This document shows positions 1 to 11,021 of a DNA stretch of 64,000 nt, one piece after another; positions within the stretch are counted from its first letter, which is position 1; each line of letters starts with the position of its first letter. The notes beneath the pieces were generated by a model that did not search any database, had not been told where the DNA came from, and saw nothing but the letters and a program-made list of their open reading frames with translations. The position numbers and the translations under genes are program-made. Location: assembly GCA_963749655.1 (NCBI GenBank), contig CAVVOB010000038.1:96001-160000 (forward strand). The letters are read 5' to 3'. The DNA comes from Nitrospirota bacterium (GTDB lineage Bacteria; Nitrospirota; UBA9217).

Positions 1-1131
1 CTCCTGGTCGTGATCGGCCGCAAGCTGGGAGATTGCCTTCGCCCCGGCGATACGGTCGCGCGGCTGGGCGGCGACGAGTTCGCCGTGCTCCTGGAGAACA
101 TCAACGATCTCACCGACGCCGTTGATGTTGCGGACCGGATCCATAAAAAACTGGCGGCGCCGCTGCTCGTCAAGGGGCACGAGATCTTTTCATCAGTCAG
201 CATCGGGATCGCGCTGGGCGAGGAGCGCTACGAGCGGCCCGAGCAGGTCCTGCGGGACGCGGACATCGCCATGTACCAGGCCAAGGCGCGAGGAAGCGCG
301 TGCTACGAGGTCTTCGATACGAAGATGCACGCCAATATCCTGGACCGCCTGCAGCTGGAGGCCGATCTGCGGGCGGCGGTGGACCACCGGGAGCTCGTGC
401 TGTGCTATCAGCCCATCATCGATCTGAGAACGCAGCAGCTGACCGGCTTCGAGGCCCTCGTGCGCTGGAACCATCCGAGGCGGGGCATGATCTATCCCCT
501 GGAATTCATCCCCCTCGCCGAGGAGAACGGACTGATCGGCCACATCGGGGAATGGATCCTGTTCGAAGCCTGCCGCGAGCTCAAACTGCTCCAGGAGCGG
601 CACGCCGCGCAGCCGCCGCTCACGATGAGCATCAACATTTCGAGCAGGCAGTTCGCCCAGCCCGACCTCGTATCAAAACTGACGGGATTCCTGAAGGAGA
701 CCGGCGTGGATCCGCACTGTCTGGCGCTCGAGCTTACGGAGAGCATGATCATGGACAACGTGGACGATGCGGTGAAGATCATGAACGAGCTGAGGGACAT
801 GGGGATCCGGATCCACATCGACGACTTCGGCACGGGCTATTCCTCGCTCAGCTACCTGCACCGGTTCCCCATCAACGCGCTCAAGATCGACCGCAGCTTC
901 GTGAACAAGCTCTCCGCGGACGGGGGAAACCGGGAAGTTATCCTGTCGATCATTTCGCTGGCCAACAGCATGCACTTCGATGTCATCGCCGAGGGGGTGG
1001 AGCTGGAGCACCAGCTGGCGAACATCCGGGAAATGCAGTGCACCTACGGCCAGGGATACCTCTTTGCCCATCCCATGGAATTCGGCGATGTGGAAGACTG
1101 GCTTCGGGAATACAATCACCGGCGGGTTTGA
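1..1131 (+). CDS. GGDEF-EAL diguanylate cyclase/phosphodiesterase (5' truncated by window edge)
   Basis: RLGGDEF motif, then EAL-domain motifs YQP, FEALVRW, IDDFGTGYSSL, LKIDRSF, AEGVE. Confidence 0.95.
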   Translation, partial: LLVVIGRKLGDCLRPGDTVARLGGDEFAVLLENINDLTDAVDVADRIHKKLAAPLLVKGHEIFSSVSIGIALGEERYERPEQVLRDADIAMYQAKARGSACYEVFDTKMHANILDRLQLEADLRAAVDHRELVLCYQPIIDLRTQQLTGFEALVRWNHPRRGMIYPLEFIPLAEENGLIGHIGEWILFEACRELKLLQERHAAQPPLTMSINISSRQFAQPDLVSKLTGFLKETGVDPHCLALELTESMIMDNVDDAVKIMNELRDMGIRIHIDDFGTGYSSLSYLHRFPINALKIDRSFVNKLSADGGNREVILSIISLANSMHFDVIAEGVELEHQLANIREMQCTYGQGYLFAHPMEFGDVEDWLREYNHRRV

Positions 1132-1164
1132 GGGCTTCGCGTCCGTCCTTCCGCCGTCATCCGA

Positions 1165-2223
1165 TCACGCCCCTTTATCGGCCGTCCGCATGATCTCTTT
1201 TAACGTTGCGATAAAGTCGACCCCGCGGTCCTTGCGGAATCGACCCACGATCTCGTCGCGTTGTGCACGAAACCGCTGGTATCCGGACCGCCGCGCGCGG
1301 GCTATTTCCTCCCAGTCCTGGTGGAGGACAAGGTCCTCGTAGGCTTTTCTGATCTCCGGATACAGGATCCGTCTGTACCCGTCGGTCAGGGCGATGGTGA
1401 GCCCGAGCGCTGCCTGGTCGCGGTCGTGAATGATCCTGCTGTAGGGCCCCTGCTCGGATGTGTCGGCAAGCAGATCCTTGAGGGCGCGCAGATAGTGCTC
1501 CAGCTGGCGGTCTCCCGCGACCTGCAGCAGGATATGCTTCCATTCCGGGACTTCTTCCGCAGCTTCAGCGACCTCATGGGCCAGCAGGATTTCGGCATAG
1601 CGTCCGGCCAACTCTTCCATACGCAGTTGAAAGGTGCTGTCGATGATCTGGCGCTTGGGAAAACCGTAGCGGGTGAATGCGTCCTCGAGCGCCGACCCCT
1701 TGCGCGCGTCGAGTTCTCCATGCTTGTACAAAAGCAGCATTACGAGAGGCTCAATGCGGAGAAAGACGGTTTTTTCCTGCTGCATGCCCGGACTCGAGAA
1801 CAGGTCGCGCACTAGTTCTCTCCCCGCCGTATAGACGGCCAGACCCGCGACCTCGCGGACGGACCGCAGCTCGGCAAGAAAGAAGGTAGGTTTCATATAC
1901 ATGGCGTAGCCGGCGCCGTAGACCAGATCCTGCCCAGCGAGCTCGCGGTTTATTTCGGCTGCCGCAAAAGGATCGAACCTTCTGTTGCCGATGGCGAGCT
2001 TCCTGAATTCCAGGCTCTCCAGCTCGGGCCATCGGGCCTCCTTCCGGCCGATCCATGCCGCGATGTCGGCGCGGTCGATCTGCGCCCACGGCTTGAGCCC
2101 TTGTTCCGATCGGTAGAGGTCCCGGTATCGCATCAGGAGCCCGCAAATCGAAAAGTATCCCCAGTACTTCGCATCGGACACGTCGCAATTGAATTTTATG
2201 TCTTCCTGGAGGGACCTTTCCAT
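1165..2223 (-). CDS. Conserved hypothetical protein (Sfum_1244/DUF6866-like)
   Basis: 352-aa ORF with RBS; N-terminal NCDVSDA..FSICGLLMRYRDLY and an HEVAE motif recalled from this family. Confidence 0.6.
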   Translation of the reverse strand: MERSLQEDIKFNCDVSDAKYWGYFSICGLLMRYRDLYRSEQGLKPWAQIDRADIAAWIGRKEARWPELESLEFRKLAIGNRRFDPFAAAEINRELAGQDLVYGAGYAMYMKPTFFLAELRSVREVAGLAVYTAGRELVRDLFSSPGMQQEKTVFLRIEPLVMLLLYKHGELDARKGSALEDAFTRYGFPKRQIIDSTFQLRMEELAGRYAEILLAHEVAEAAEEVPEWKHILLQVAGDRQLEHYLRALKDLLADTSEQGPYSRIIHDRDQAALGLTIALTDGYRRILYPEIRKAYEDLVLHQDWEEIARARRSGYQRFRAQRDEIVGRFRKDRGVDFIATLKEIMRTADKGA

Positions 2224-2372
2224 GGCTTCCTCTTTTCATCCGCCTTGTCCATTATTCCTCAATTGCCGGGAAAAGTAAATGGCGGAGTAAGGCTTCAGGG
2301 GCTAAAAAGTCCTTGCAACACCTGAAAAAATAAACTATAATTCACAAATCCCTTCAGACAGGTAGTGCCGTC

Positions 2373-3446
2373 ATGTCCAATCAGAACATTCAGGAACTGC
2401 GTAAAAAGATCGACGATATCGACAACCGGCTCGTTGACCTGCTCAACGAGCGCGCCCGGATCGTGATCGAAATCGGCGACATCAAGAAGACCCGGAAACT
2501 TGATTTCCATTCTCCGTCGCGGGAGCGGGAGATCCTGGAGCGCCTGGCAGGGCGCAACACCGGCCCCTTCCCGCAGGACACGCTGCGGGCGGTGTACCGG
2601 GAGATCCTTTCCTCGTCCCTGTCCCTCGAGCGGCCGCTGAAAGTCGCCTACCTCGGCCCCCGCGCCACGTTCACGCACATGGCCGGCATGCAGCAGTTCG
2701 GCCTGGCTGCGCAGTACGTTCCGGTAGAGAGCATCAGGGACGTGTTCAGCGAAGTCGAGCGCGGCAGGGCGGATTACGGTGTCGTGCCCATCGAAAATTC
2801 CTCGTCCGGCGCCGTGATCTATACGCTCGACATGTTCATCGACTCGGACCTGAAGATTTCGGCCGAGATCCTGCTCGAGGTATCGCAGCACCTCCTGAAC
2901 AAGTCGGGCAGGTCCGAAGAAATCAAGAAGATCTACACCATCCCCCCCGCCGCAGCGCAATGCCGGCAATGGCTTGAAAAAAACCTGCCCGGAGTGCCGG
3001 TCATGGACGCGCCGAGCACGGCCCGGGCCGCCGAGATGGCGGCCGATGACGCCACGGCCGGGGCCATCGCCAGCGAGATGGCAGCGGTGCTTTACGGGCT
3101 GCAGATCGCGGGCAAGAAGATCGAGGACAGCACCAGCAACATCACGCGGTTCCTCGTCATCGCCCCCAAATCCCCGGGGCGGACGGGCCATGACAAGACG
3201 TCGATCATGTTCTCGATCAAGGACAAGGTGGGCGCGCTCTACACCATGCTTGCGCCCTTTGCCGAAAGCGGCATCAACCTGAACAGGCTCGATGCCCGGC
3301 CGTCGGGGCGGAAGGTCTGGGATTACGTGTTTTTCCTCGATATGGAAGGCCACATCGAAGACGAGAAGGTCGCCGCCGCGATCGAGCGTCTGAGAAACGA
3401 CTGCATGTTCCTGAAGGTTCTGGGGTCCTATCCGAAGAGTCAATAA
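2373..3446 (+). CDS. pheA: Chorismate mutase/prephenate dehydratase (P-protein)
   Basis: N-terminal AroQ domain (LRKKIDDID), YLGP..TF, PIENS, NITRF, C-terminal ACT domain ending LGSYP. Confidence 0.95.
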   Translation: MSNQNIQELRKKIDDIDNRLVDLLNERARIVIEIGDIKKTRKLDFHSPSREREILERLAGRNTGPFPQDTLRAVYREILSSSLSLERPLKVAYLGPRATFTHMAGMQQFGLAAQYVPVESIRDVFSEVERGRADYGVVPIENSSSGAVIYTLDMFIDSDLKISAEILLEVSQHLLNKSGRSEEIKKIYTIPPAAAQCRQWLEKNLPGVPVMDAPSTARAAEMAADDATAGAIASEMAAVLYGLQIAGKKIEDSTSNITRFLVIAPKSPGRTGHDKTSIMFSIKDKVGALYTMLAPFAESGINLNRLDARPSGRKVWDYVFFLDMEGHIEDEKVAAAIERLRNDCMFLKVLGSYPKSQ

Positions 3447-3452
3447 GCCTCA

Positions 3453-3512
3453 AATGCGGAATGCGGAGTTCGGAATGCGGAATAGATTCCGGGAATCCGT
3501 AATACGCTATTC
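3453..3512. repeat. Intergenic heptamer tandem array (AATGCGG)n followed by degenerate inverted copies
   Basis: AATGCGG AATGCGG AGTTCGG AATGCGG AAT; the same unit recurs at about 5697-5741 and 31560-31631. Confidence 0.8.
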
Positions 3513-3533
3513 AAATATAACGGAGTCGCAATC

Positions 3534-4610
3534 ATGATACCTGTTTCCGAAAACATCAAGACCATCTCCCCCTACGTCCCGGGCAAACCGATCGAGGAGC
3601 TCGAACGCGAGCTCGGGATCAGCGGGAGCATCAAGCTCGCCTCGAACGAGAACCCCCTCGGCCCGTCGCCCAAGGCCATTGCGGCGATCAAGAAAACGCT
3701 CGAAGGCCTGAACCGGTATCCCGACGGGAGCGGGTTCTATCTCTCCGAGGCCCTGGCAAAAAAATATGAGGTCGCTCTTTCCCAGGTGATCCTGGGCAAC
3801 GGCTCGAACGAGTTGATCGAACTGGCGGTGCGCACCTTCGTACAGCCGGGGGACGAGGTCGTTTCGGCAGATCCGTCTTTTGTCGTGTACAAGATGATCA
3901 CCCAGGCGGCCGGCGGGACGAACGTGATCGTGCCCTGCAAGGACCTCCGGCATGATCTCGATGCCATGGCCGAACGGATCACCCCCCGGACCAGGCTCGT
4001 CTTCATCGCCAACCCGAACAACCCCACAGGCACCATGAACACCCGTGCCGAGATGGACCGGTTCATGGAGCGCGTTCCCGACGGCGTGATCGTGGCTGTG
4101 GACGAGGCGTATTGCGAATACGTCACCCACGCCGAATACCCCGACTCCCTGGACTATCTGAAGGAGGGAAAGAACGTGCTTGCGCTCCGGACGTTCTCGA
4201 AGATCTACGGCCTTGCCGGGCTGCGCATCGGCTACGGGATCACGACCCCGGAGATCGCGGAGCTCATGAACAAGGTGAGGCAGCCCTTTAATACGAACGG
4301 CCCCGGACAGGCCGGCGCGCTGGCCGCCCTTGGGGACCGCAAACACGTGGAGAAGTCGATCGCCCTGAATAACGAGGGCAAACAGTATCTCTACCAGTCT
4401 TTTCAGCAGCTCGGCTTGTCATACGTCCCCACGGAGACGAATTTCATCCTCTTCGAGACGGCGCTGGAAGCCAGGGACCTCTATGCGGCGCTGCTCAAGC
4501 AGGGAGTGATCATCCGGCCCATGGGCGGCAAGCGTCTCAGGGTCACGATCGGTCTTCCCGAGGAAAATAAGCGGTTCGTGTCGGAATTGGAAAAGATAGT
4601 AAAGGCATAG
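3534..4610 (+). CDS. hisC: Histidinol-phosphate aminotransferase
   Basis: [40 protein letters not shown] (PLP lysine). Confidence 0.95.
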   Translation: MIPVSENIKTISPYVPGKPIEELERELGISGSIKLASNENPLGPSPKAIAAIKKTLEGLNRYPDGSGFYLSEALAKKYEVALSQVILGNGSNELIELAVRTFVQPGDEVVSADPSFVVYKMITQAAGGTNVIVPCKDLRHDLDAMAERITPRTRLVFIANPNNPTGTMNTRAEMDRFMERVPDGVIVAVDEAYCEYVTHAEYPDSLDYLKEGKNVLALRTFSKIYGLAGLRIGYGITTPEIAELMNKVRQPFNTNGPGQAGALAALGDRKHVEKSIALNNEGKQYLYQSFQQLGLSYVPTETNFILFETALEARDLYAALLKQGVIIRPMGGKRLRVTIGLPEENKRFVSELEKIVKA

Positions 4611-4680
4611 AGCAGAGGGTTCTTCCCTACCCTATGCGCCATGCCCTTTGCGCTCTGCGGATTTTTCGGAAAGGACCACC

Positions 4681-5694
4681 ATGATCATCGTCGTAAGACC
4701 TGATGCGACCCAGGAGCAGGTCGACCATATCATCAAAAAAATAAAGGACCACGGCCTGCAGGCCCATGTTTCGAAAGGAACAGAACGGACCATTATCGGC
4801 GCCATCGGAGATGAGGCGATCCTGCGGAGCGTGCCCCTTGAGGCCATTCCCGGCGTGGAAAAAGTGTTGCCGATCCTGAAGCCCTTCAAGCTGGCGAGCC
4901 GGGACTTCCGGCGGGAAAATACGATCATCGAAGTCAACGGACAGCAGATCGGCGGGACCAGGATCGCTGTCATGGCCGGTCCCTGCGCGGTGGAGAACAA
5001 GACCCTGCTCATCGACATCGCCAAGGAGGTCAAGGAGGCAGGCGCCAATTTTCTCCGCGGAGGAGCGTTCAAACCGCGGACCTCGCCCTATGCTTTCCAG
5101 GGCCTCGAAGAAGAGGGGCTCAAGTATCTTGCCGAGGCCAGGGAGCGGACGGGATTGCCGATCGTGACCGAGGTGATGGACCCGCGGGACATCGAGATGA
5201 TCGCGAAGTATGCCGATGTGCTCCAGATCGGGGCTCGGAACATGCAGAACTTCAGGCTGCTGAAGGAAGTGGGGATGTGCAAGAAGCCGGTGCTTCTGAA
5301 GCGCGGCATCTCCGCCACGATCAAGGAATGGCTCATGTCCGCCGAGTATATCATGGCGGGCGGAAACCACAACGTGATCCTCTGTGAGCGCGGCATCCGC
5401 ACTTATGAGACGGCCACCCGCAACACCCTCGATCTCTCCGCGGTCCCGGTGCTCAAGCAGATGACCCACCTTCCCGTGGTCGTTGACCCGAGCCACGCCG
5501 TTGGCAAGTGGGACCTTGTGGCCCCCATGGCCAAAGCCGCGGTCGCCGCAGGCGCCGACGGGCTGATCATCGAGGTGCATCCGAATCCCGAAGAAGCCCT
5601 CTGCGACGGCGAACAGTCGCTCAAGCCCAAGAGCTTCAGGCAGTTGATGAACGAGATGAAGCCGATCGCCGTTGCGGTGGGAAGGGACATTTAG
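4681..5694 (+). CDS. aroF: DAHP synthase (type I-beta) with N-terminal regulatory domain
   Basis: [40 protein letters not shown]; ATG at 4681 after AAGGA. Confidence 0.93.
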   Translation: MIIVVRPDATQEQVDHIIKKIKDHGLQAHVSKGTERTIIGAIGDEAILRSVPLEAIPGVEKVLPILKPFKLASRDFRRENTIIEVNGQQIGGTRIAVMAGPCAVENKTLLIDIAKEVKEAGANFLRGGAFKPRTSPYAFQGLEEEGLKYLAEARERTGLPIVTEVMDPRDIEMIAKYADVLQIGARNMQNFRLLKEVGMCKKPVLLKRGISATIKEWLMSAEYIMAGGNHNVILCERGIRTYETATRNTLDLSAVPVLKQMTHLPVVVDPSHAVGKWDLVAPMAKAAVAAGADGLIIEVHPNPEEALCDGEQSLKPKSFRQLMNEMKPIAVAVGRDI

Positions 5695-5748
5695 CGAATG
5701 CGGAATCCACAACAACGAATGCGGAATTCGGAATGCGGAATTTGATCG

Positions 5749-5771
5749 GTAGCCGCAGGCTTCAGCCTGCG
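5749..5771 (+). repeat. GTAG-type REP-like palindrome next to a heptamer array
   Basis: GTAG-C-CGCAGGC-TTCA-GCCTGCG, a 5' GTAG tetranucleotide followed by a GC-rich hairpin. Confidence 0.6.
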
Positions 5772-5811
5772 TGAAAACGTTTTCTCGGTTATTGAATTTT
5801 CAGAATAAACA

Positions 5812-6675
5812 ATGTCCATATTTTTTAACAACGTCACCATCATCGGCGTGGGCCTCATCGGCGGGTCCCTGGCAAAGGTCCTGAAGTCTGCGGGGCTTGC
5901 AGGCTCGATCACCGGCTGCGGCAGGAGCAGGGAGACGCTCGAACTGGCGCTCAGGCTCGGCGTGATCGACCGGCTCGGCGGAGGGAGCGCGCACGCCGTG
6001 GAAGACGCGGACCTCGTCGTGCTGGCTTCCCCGGTTGCCTCATTTGAAAAGACCGTGGAGGAAGCAGGCAGGCACATGAAGAAAGGCGCGATCCTGACCG
6101 ATGTGGGCAGCGTCAAGGGCATACTCGTGAAAAAGATCGAGGACCTTCTGCCTGCCGGCGTTCACTACGTCCCCGGCCACCCGATCGCCGGCAAGGAAAA
6201 GCACGGCGTGGCCGAAGCAACGGAGTCGCTGTTTCGCGGCGCCAAGTGCATCTTGACGCCTACGGCGCGCACGGACGGCAAGGCGCTGGATGCCGTGAAA
6301 GCGCTTTGGGACGCGGCCGGCGCGGGTGTGGTCATCATGCATCCTGACGCGCACGACCATATCTTCGCCGCGGTGAGCCACCTTCCCCATGCGGCTGCCT
6401 ATGCCATGGTCAATGCCGTTGCCGAGTTCAACGAAGGGACGGACACCTATATCTCCTTTTCCGGGGGGGGATTCCGCGATTTTACGAGGATAGCAGCCAG
6501 CTCTCCTGAAATGTGGAGGGACATCTGCCTCTTGAACGGACCCAACATTGTCGAAATGATCGAACAGTACCAGTTCTCACTCAACAGGATTAAAAAGGCG
6601 ATCAAGCAGAAGAACGGCGTCAAGCTGGAACAGCTGTTCCGGTCGGCGAGTGAAATCCGGAAGGGGCTGGACTAG
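5812..6675 (+). CDS. tyrA: Prephenate/arogenate dehydrogenase
   Basis: GVGLIGGS Rossmann motif, DVGSVK, GHPIAG, SHLPH, GGFRDFTRIA. Confidence 0.93.
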   Translation: MSIFFNNVTIIGVGLIGGSLAKVLKSAGLAGSITGCGRSRETLELALRLGVIDRLGGGSAHAVEDADLVVLASPVASFEKTVEEAGRHMKKGAILTDVGSVKGILVKKIEDLLPAGVHYVPGHPIAGKEKHGVAEATESLFRGAKCILTPTARTDGKALDAVKALWDAAGAGVVIMHPDAHDHIFAAVSHLPHAAAYAMVNAVAEFNEGTDTYISFSGGGFRDFTRIAASSPEMWRDICLLNGPNIVEMIEQYQFSLNRIKKAIKQKNGVKLEQLFRSASEIRKGLD

Positions 6676-6678
6676 TTC

Positions 6679-7980
6679 ATGGGCGATATCCGGATACAAC
6701 CTTCGCAGGGTCTTTGCGGCGAGATCACCCTGCCGGGGGACAAATCCATCTCGCACCGGTCGGTCATGTTTGCCTCGCTGGCCGAAGGCGACACGCCGAT
6801 CACCGGTTTTTTGACCGGCGAAGACACGATGAACACGGCGAAGGCGATGCAGCAGCTGGGGGCCGGGATCGAAGGCCTGGGGTCCGACCGTCTCGTCGTT
6901 CATGGACGAGGGCTGCACGGGCTGGCGGAGCCGTCCGGGGTGCTCGACCTGGGCAACTCGGGCACCGGTATGCGGCTCCTGGCCGGACTGCTGGCAGGCC
7001 AGGATTTCTTTTCCGTGCTCTCGGGCGACCAGTATCTCAGAAAAAGGCCCATGAAGAGGATCGTGGAGCCGCTGCGCAGGATGGGCGCCGTTATCGACGG
7101 CCGCGCCGGCGGAACGCTTGCTCCGCTCTCGATACGCGGCGGCGGGAGCAGGACGAAGCCCCTCGATTATTCCAGTCCCATTGCCAGCGCCCAGGTCAAG
7201 TCAGCGGTGCTTCTCGCAGGCTTGAATGCCGGCGGCGAGACCTCGGTGACCGAGCCGGCAAAGTCGCGGGACCATACGGAGCGCCTCTTCCGGTTTTTCG
7301 GCATCGAAGTGCGGGAAGAGGGCGCGCGGGTGACGATCCGGGGCAGGCAACAGCTCCGCGCCCGCGGGCCGCTCGATATCCCCTCCGATATCTCGTCGGC
7401 TGCGTTTTTTCTGGTCGCCGCCTCCATTGTCAAAGGGTCGGACCTGCTGATCAGGAACGTCGGCGTCAACCCTACGCGCACCGGAATCCTGGATGTCCTG
7501 ATCGCCATGGGCGGCGATATCACGCTTCAGAACGCGCGCGAACAGGCGGGAGAGCCCGTCGCCGACATCAGGGTGAGGCATGCGGGGCTGCGGGCGGTTC
7601 AGATCGCCGGCGACGTGATCCCCCGGGCCATCGACGAGATCCCGATTCTTGCTGTGGCCGCATCGCGCGCCGAGGGCACGACAGTGATCAAGGATGCTGC
7701 GGAGCTGCGGGTCAAGGAATCCGACCGTATCGCGACGATGGCTGCGGAGCTCAGGAAAATGGGAGTGATCGTGACGGAGCGGTCAGACGGCATGGAGATC
7801 ACGGGCACGGACGAACTCAGGGGCGCGGTCTGTGAAAGCCACGGCGATCATCGCATTGCCATGTCCATGGCGGTCGCCGGTTTGGCTGCCCGGGGTGATA
7901 CGGCAATACGCGATGCTGCATGGATAGAAACGTCCTTCCCGGGGTTTGAAGGACTGTTGAAGCGGACCGCACGAATATAA
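6679..7980 (+). CDS. aroA: EPSP synthase
   Basis: LPGDKSISHR, GNSGTGMR, SAQVKS, RDHTER, LRVKESDRI, DHRIAM. Confidence 0.97.
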   Translation: MGDIRIQPSQGLCGEITLPGDKSISHRSVMFASLAEGDTPITGFLTGEDTMNTAKAMQQLGAGIEGLGSDRLVVHGRGLHGLAEPSGVLDLGNSGTGMRLLAGLLAGQDFFSVLSGDQYLRKRPMKRIVEPLRRMGAVIDGRAGGTLAPLSIRGGGSRTKPLDYSSPIASAQVKSAVLLAGLNAGGETSVTEPAKSRDHTERLFRFFGIEVREEGARVTIRGRQQLRARGPLDIPSDISSAAFFLVAASIVKGSDLLIRNVGVNPTRTGILDVLIAMGGDITLQNAREQAGEPVADIRVRHAGLRAVQIAGDVIPRAIDEIPILAVAASRAEGTTVIKDAAELRVKESDRIATMAAELRKMGVIVTERSDGMEITGTDELRGAVCESHGDHRIAMSMAVAGLAARGDTAIRDAAWIETSFPGFEGLLKRTARI

Positions 7981-7999
7981 TCTGGCTCCAGGAGGCACA

Positions 8000-9277
8000 G
8001 TGATTATGAGACGGACCTTTCTTCTGCTCTTGATAGGCATTTTCTGTTCAGTCAGCACAATCGTTGCCGCCGAAGAAAAAAATTTCGGCCCGACGAAATA
8101 TGAAATCAAGGAACGGTACGGCCGAAAGAACCAGTATTCGGAAACCGTCAAGGCTCCTGCTGAAGGGGACTATGTCGTAAAATTGCAGAACGGAGAAAAA
8201 TCAGCCGAGCGGCCCGACCTGATTGCTTTTTCCGTGAACGGAAAAGCAATCGTCAAGGAAGCAAATTACAGCTACGGTTATCTTGCCTGTTTTCTTTCCC
8301 TGAAAAAGGAGAATGCCTTCGAGCTGGCGATCAGGGATTATACCCCCACGGGTTTCAAGAGACCGCCGGCCACGCCGCGAAACGCCGTTGTCGAGATCCT
8401 GGCTGCGCCGGTCAAGCTGTCCGGTATTGTCCTCGGCCTCAATGCCTGGGAGGACCTTGGCAAGTATACTGCGGCGCTTTTCAAAATCAAATCTCCTGAC
8501 GCGTTTTCTCTTGCCCTGTCGGCGGCGAATTTGCAGAACAGTTCAACCGACCGGGCTGCCGCCATGCGTCAGATCGCGGACCGAAAGGATCCGACGGCGC
8601 AGGATTTTATTTTTCATCTTTTCAGAGATACCATGAACAACCCGAACGTGCGGGCGGAGGCAGCCGTCGCCCTCGGGCTCTTGAATGACAAGGCAATGAT
8701 CCCGGCGCTGATCGATGGGGCGCTGGACCCTGATGAGCTGATCAGGATCGGCTCTGCTCGGGCGCTGTCCTTTTACAAGGAAGCCGACACCAACGAGCTG
8801 CTTGCCAAGGCATTGAAAGGTCTTGACTCCTATATGCGCAGCGCCGTGGTGAAGACCATCGTAAGCGCGGGCTGGAAGCCGGTGAACTTATCGATGGAAT
8901 TTTCCGAATCAACAGACCCGGCGATCGCGAACATGGGTATTGAGTTGATGGCCGGATCACAGGACAAGCGCATCGTTGACCGGCTCCTTCAATATCTGGA
9001 CAAGCCCGGCGTGCGCGACGTGAGGTTCGTCATACTTGCGCTCGGTGAATCAAAGGACCCCCGGGCCGTCGATGCCTTGTCGCGTATTGCCCGAGACCCT
9101 GAAAAGCGGAGAGGGAAAGAGGCAGAGCTCGGGACGGCCCTCGCCGCGCTCGGCGATCCGAAGTCCGCGGATCTGATCGTCGACATGCTCAAGAAGGCGG
9201 AAACCGCCCAGACGTACCGCAAACTGAGCGAGGCCTATAAACGTCTGACGGGACTGGATTATAATAAGAAAAAGTAA
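8000..9277 (+). CDS. Exported HEAT/PBS-lyase repeat protein
   Basis: Signal peptide; repeated VRAEAAVALG / IRIGSARAL / ALGESKDPRAV helical repeats. Confidence 0.75.
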   Translation: MIMRRTFLLLLIGIFCSVSTIVAAEEKNFGPTKYEIKERYGRKNQYSETVKAPAEGDYVVKLQNGEKSAERPDLIAFSVNGKAIVKEANYSYGYLACFLSLKKENAFELAIRDYTPTGFKRPPATPRNAVVEILAAPVKLSGIVLGLNAWEDLGKYTAALFKIKSPDAFSLALSAANLQNSSTDRAAAMRQIADRKDPTAQDFIFHLFRDTMNNPNVRAEAAVALGLLNDKAMIPALIDGALDPDELIRIGSARALSFYKEADTNELLAKALKGLDSYMRSAVVKTIVSAGWKPVNLSMEFSESTDPAIANMGIELMAGSQDKRIVDRLLQYLDKPGVRDVRFVILALGESKDPRAVDALSRIARDPEKRRGKEAELGTALAALGDPKSADLIVDMLKKAETAQTYRKLSEAYKRLTGLDYNKKK

Positions 9278-9312
9278 GAGCCGGAATCCGGCCATAGGGT
9301 TTTCGCGGGGAC

Positions 9313-10011
9313 ATGAAAAAAAACGGACTGGTAATAGCCATTGACGGCCCTTCAGGCGCGGGCAAGAGCACGGCAGCGAAGCTCCTGGCGCGGCGTCTCG
9401 GATATCTTTACATCGATACGGGCGCAATGTATCGGGCCGTGGGCTGGAAGGCAAAGCGGGAAGGGATAGATCCCGCAGATGAGGTGAAGCTCGCCGAGCT
9501 CTGCAGTCGCATCGATGTTGCGATCATCCTGGACAAAGGCGATCCCCGGTACTGCGTGGACGGCCATGATGTCAGCGGAGAGATCCGCACGGCCGAGATG
9601 GGCATGATGGCGTCGGCCGTCTCAAAATCGCCCGCGGTGAGAAAACGGCTGCTCGCGCTCCAGCGGGAGCTCGGGAAGCACGGCGGCGTCGTGATGGACG
9701 GCCGGGACATCGGGACGGTCGTATTTCCCGATGCGGATGTGAAATTTTTTCTGGAAGCGAGCGCCGAGGAGCGGGGCCGGCGGCGGTATCGTGAGCTGAG
9801 GGCCGCGGGCGCGGACGTGGAGCTCGAGCGCATCACGCGTGAGATCGAGGAGCGGGACCGTCAGGACAGCGAACGGGCTCTTGCACCGCTGCGCCGGGCC
9901 GATGATGCCCGGCTGGTAGACTCGACTGCCCTGGATATCGATGCAGTCCTCGGAATCATGCTTTCCGCGGTGGACATGGCTCGGACTCAGGCGCAGCAGG
10001 GAAAAGGATAG
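9313..10011 (+). CDS. cmk: Cytidylate kinase
   Basis: IAIDGPSGAGKST, DTGAMYR, DGRDIGTVVFP. Confidence 0.97.
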   Translation: MKKNGLVIAIDGPSGAGKSTAAKLLARRLGYLYIDTGAMYRAVGWKAKREGIDPADEVKLAELCSRIDVAIILDKGDPRYCVDGHDVSGEIRTAEMGMMASAVSKSPAVRKRLLALQRELGKHGGVVMDGRDIGTVVFPDADVKFFLEASAEERGRRRYRELRAAGADVELERITREIEERDRQDSERALAPLRRADDARLVDSTALDIDAVLGIMLSAVDMARTQAQQGKG

Positions 10012-10013
10012 TT

Positions 10014-10862
10014 ATGGAAGTTTTTTTGGCGGATAAAGCGGGTTTCTGCTTCGGCGTCAAGCGGGCGATCAACACCGCGTTCGAAGCCGCCGGCAAGGGG
10101 ACGGGGGGCGTCTACTGTCTGGGGCCGCTCATTCACAACCCGCAGGAAGTCGAACGGCTGCGCAGGCTGGGCATCGAAACGGTGGAAGATTTTTCTTCAT
10201 TGAAGCCGGGCAATTCTCTTATCATCCGGTCCCACGGGGTGCCGCCCCGCGTTGTTGCGCAGGCCCGGGACATGGGATTGACCATCATCGACCTCACCTG
10301 TCCGTTCGTCGGCAAGGCCCAACGTGACGCGGAGACGCTTCAGAAGGAGGGCTACCAGGTTATCGTCGTCGGCGAGAAAAAGCACCCCGAAGTGCAGAGC
10401 ATTCTGGGATATGCGGGAGACAACGCGGTCGTCGTGGAAACAGCCGACGATGTGGCCGGTCTCAGGCTTGAGCCGCGGCTCGGCGTGGTGGCGCAGACCA
10501 CGCAATCATATAGCAATTTTTCGGAAACTGTGCTAAAATTACTCCGTCTTTCCAAAGAATTAAAGGTCTTCAACACCATCTGCAGCTCAACCAAGGAGCG
10601 ACAGGAAGCAGCGCAAATTCTGGCCCGCAAGGTGGATGTCATGCTGGTAGTCGGAGGAAGAAACAGCGCGAACACCAGCAGGCTGGCTTCTCTCTGCCGC
10701 GACGTGGGGAAATCGACCTACCACATCGAGGTGGCTGACGAGATCCGCACGGAATGGCTGGCGGGCATAAAGAGCGTGGGGGTCACCGCAGGTGCTTCCA
10801 CGCCCGACTGGGTCGTTGACGGCGTGCTCGAAAAATTGAAACAAATAACGGCCGGTCGGTAA
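10014..10862 (+). CDS. ispH: 4-hydroxy-3-methylbut-2-enyl diphosphate reductase
   Basis: GFCFGVKRA, TCPFV, NTICSST, GVTAGASTP. Confidence 0.96.
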   Translation: MEVFLADKAGFCFGVKRAINTAFEAAGKGTGGVYCLGPLIHNPQEVERLRRLGIETVEDFSSLKPGNSLIIRSHGVPPRVVAQARDMGLTIIDLTCPFVGKAQRDAETLQKEGYQVIVVGEKKHPEVQSILGYAGDNAVVVETADDVAGLRLEPRLGVVAQTTQSYSNFSETVLKLLRLSKELKVFNTICSSTKERQEAAQILARKVDVMLVVGGRNSANTSRLASLCRDVGKSTYHIEVADEIRTEWLAGIKSVGVTAGASTPDWVVDGVLEKLKQITAGR

Positions 10863-11021
10863 AGCACGCCGCTTGACCGTTTCGCCCGTGCTCGAGGGGG
10901 CGACGGGGGGACTGCAGGCAGGACACCCGCTGCGACGGGGAACGACGTGATTCTGTAGATTCGCGGGAGAAAAAGCTGATCATCTCCCGCGGAGTTTATT
11001 TTCAGGAGGCAGGGACGTTTC

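Noticed and set aside
10863-11021. Structured RNA in the rpsA leader
   Set aside because: Plausible from general knowledge, but no recognisable motif or convincing fold by eye.
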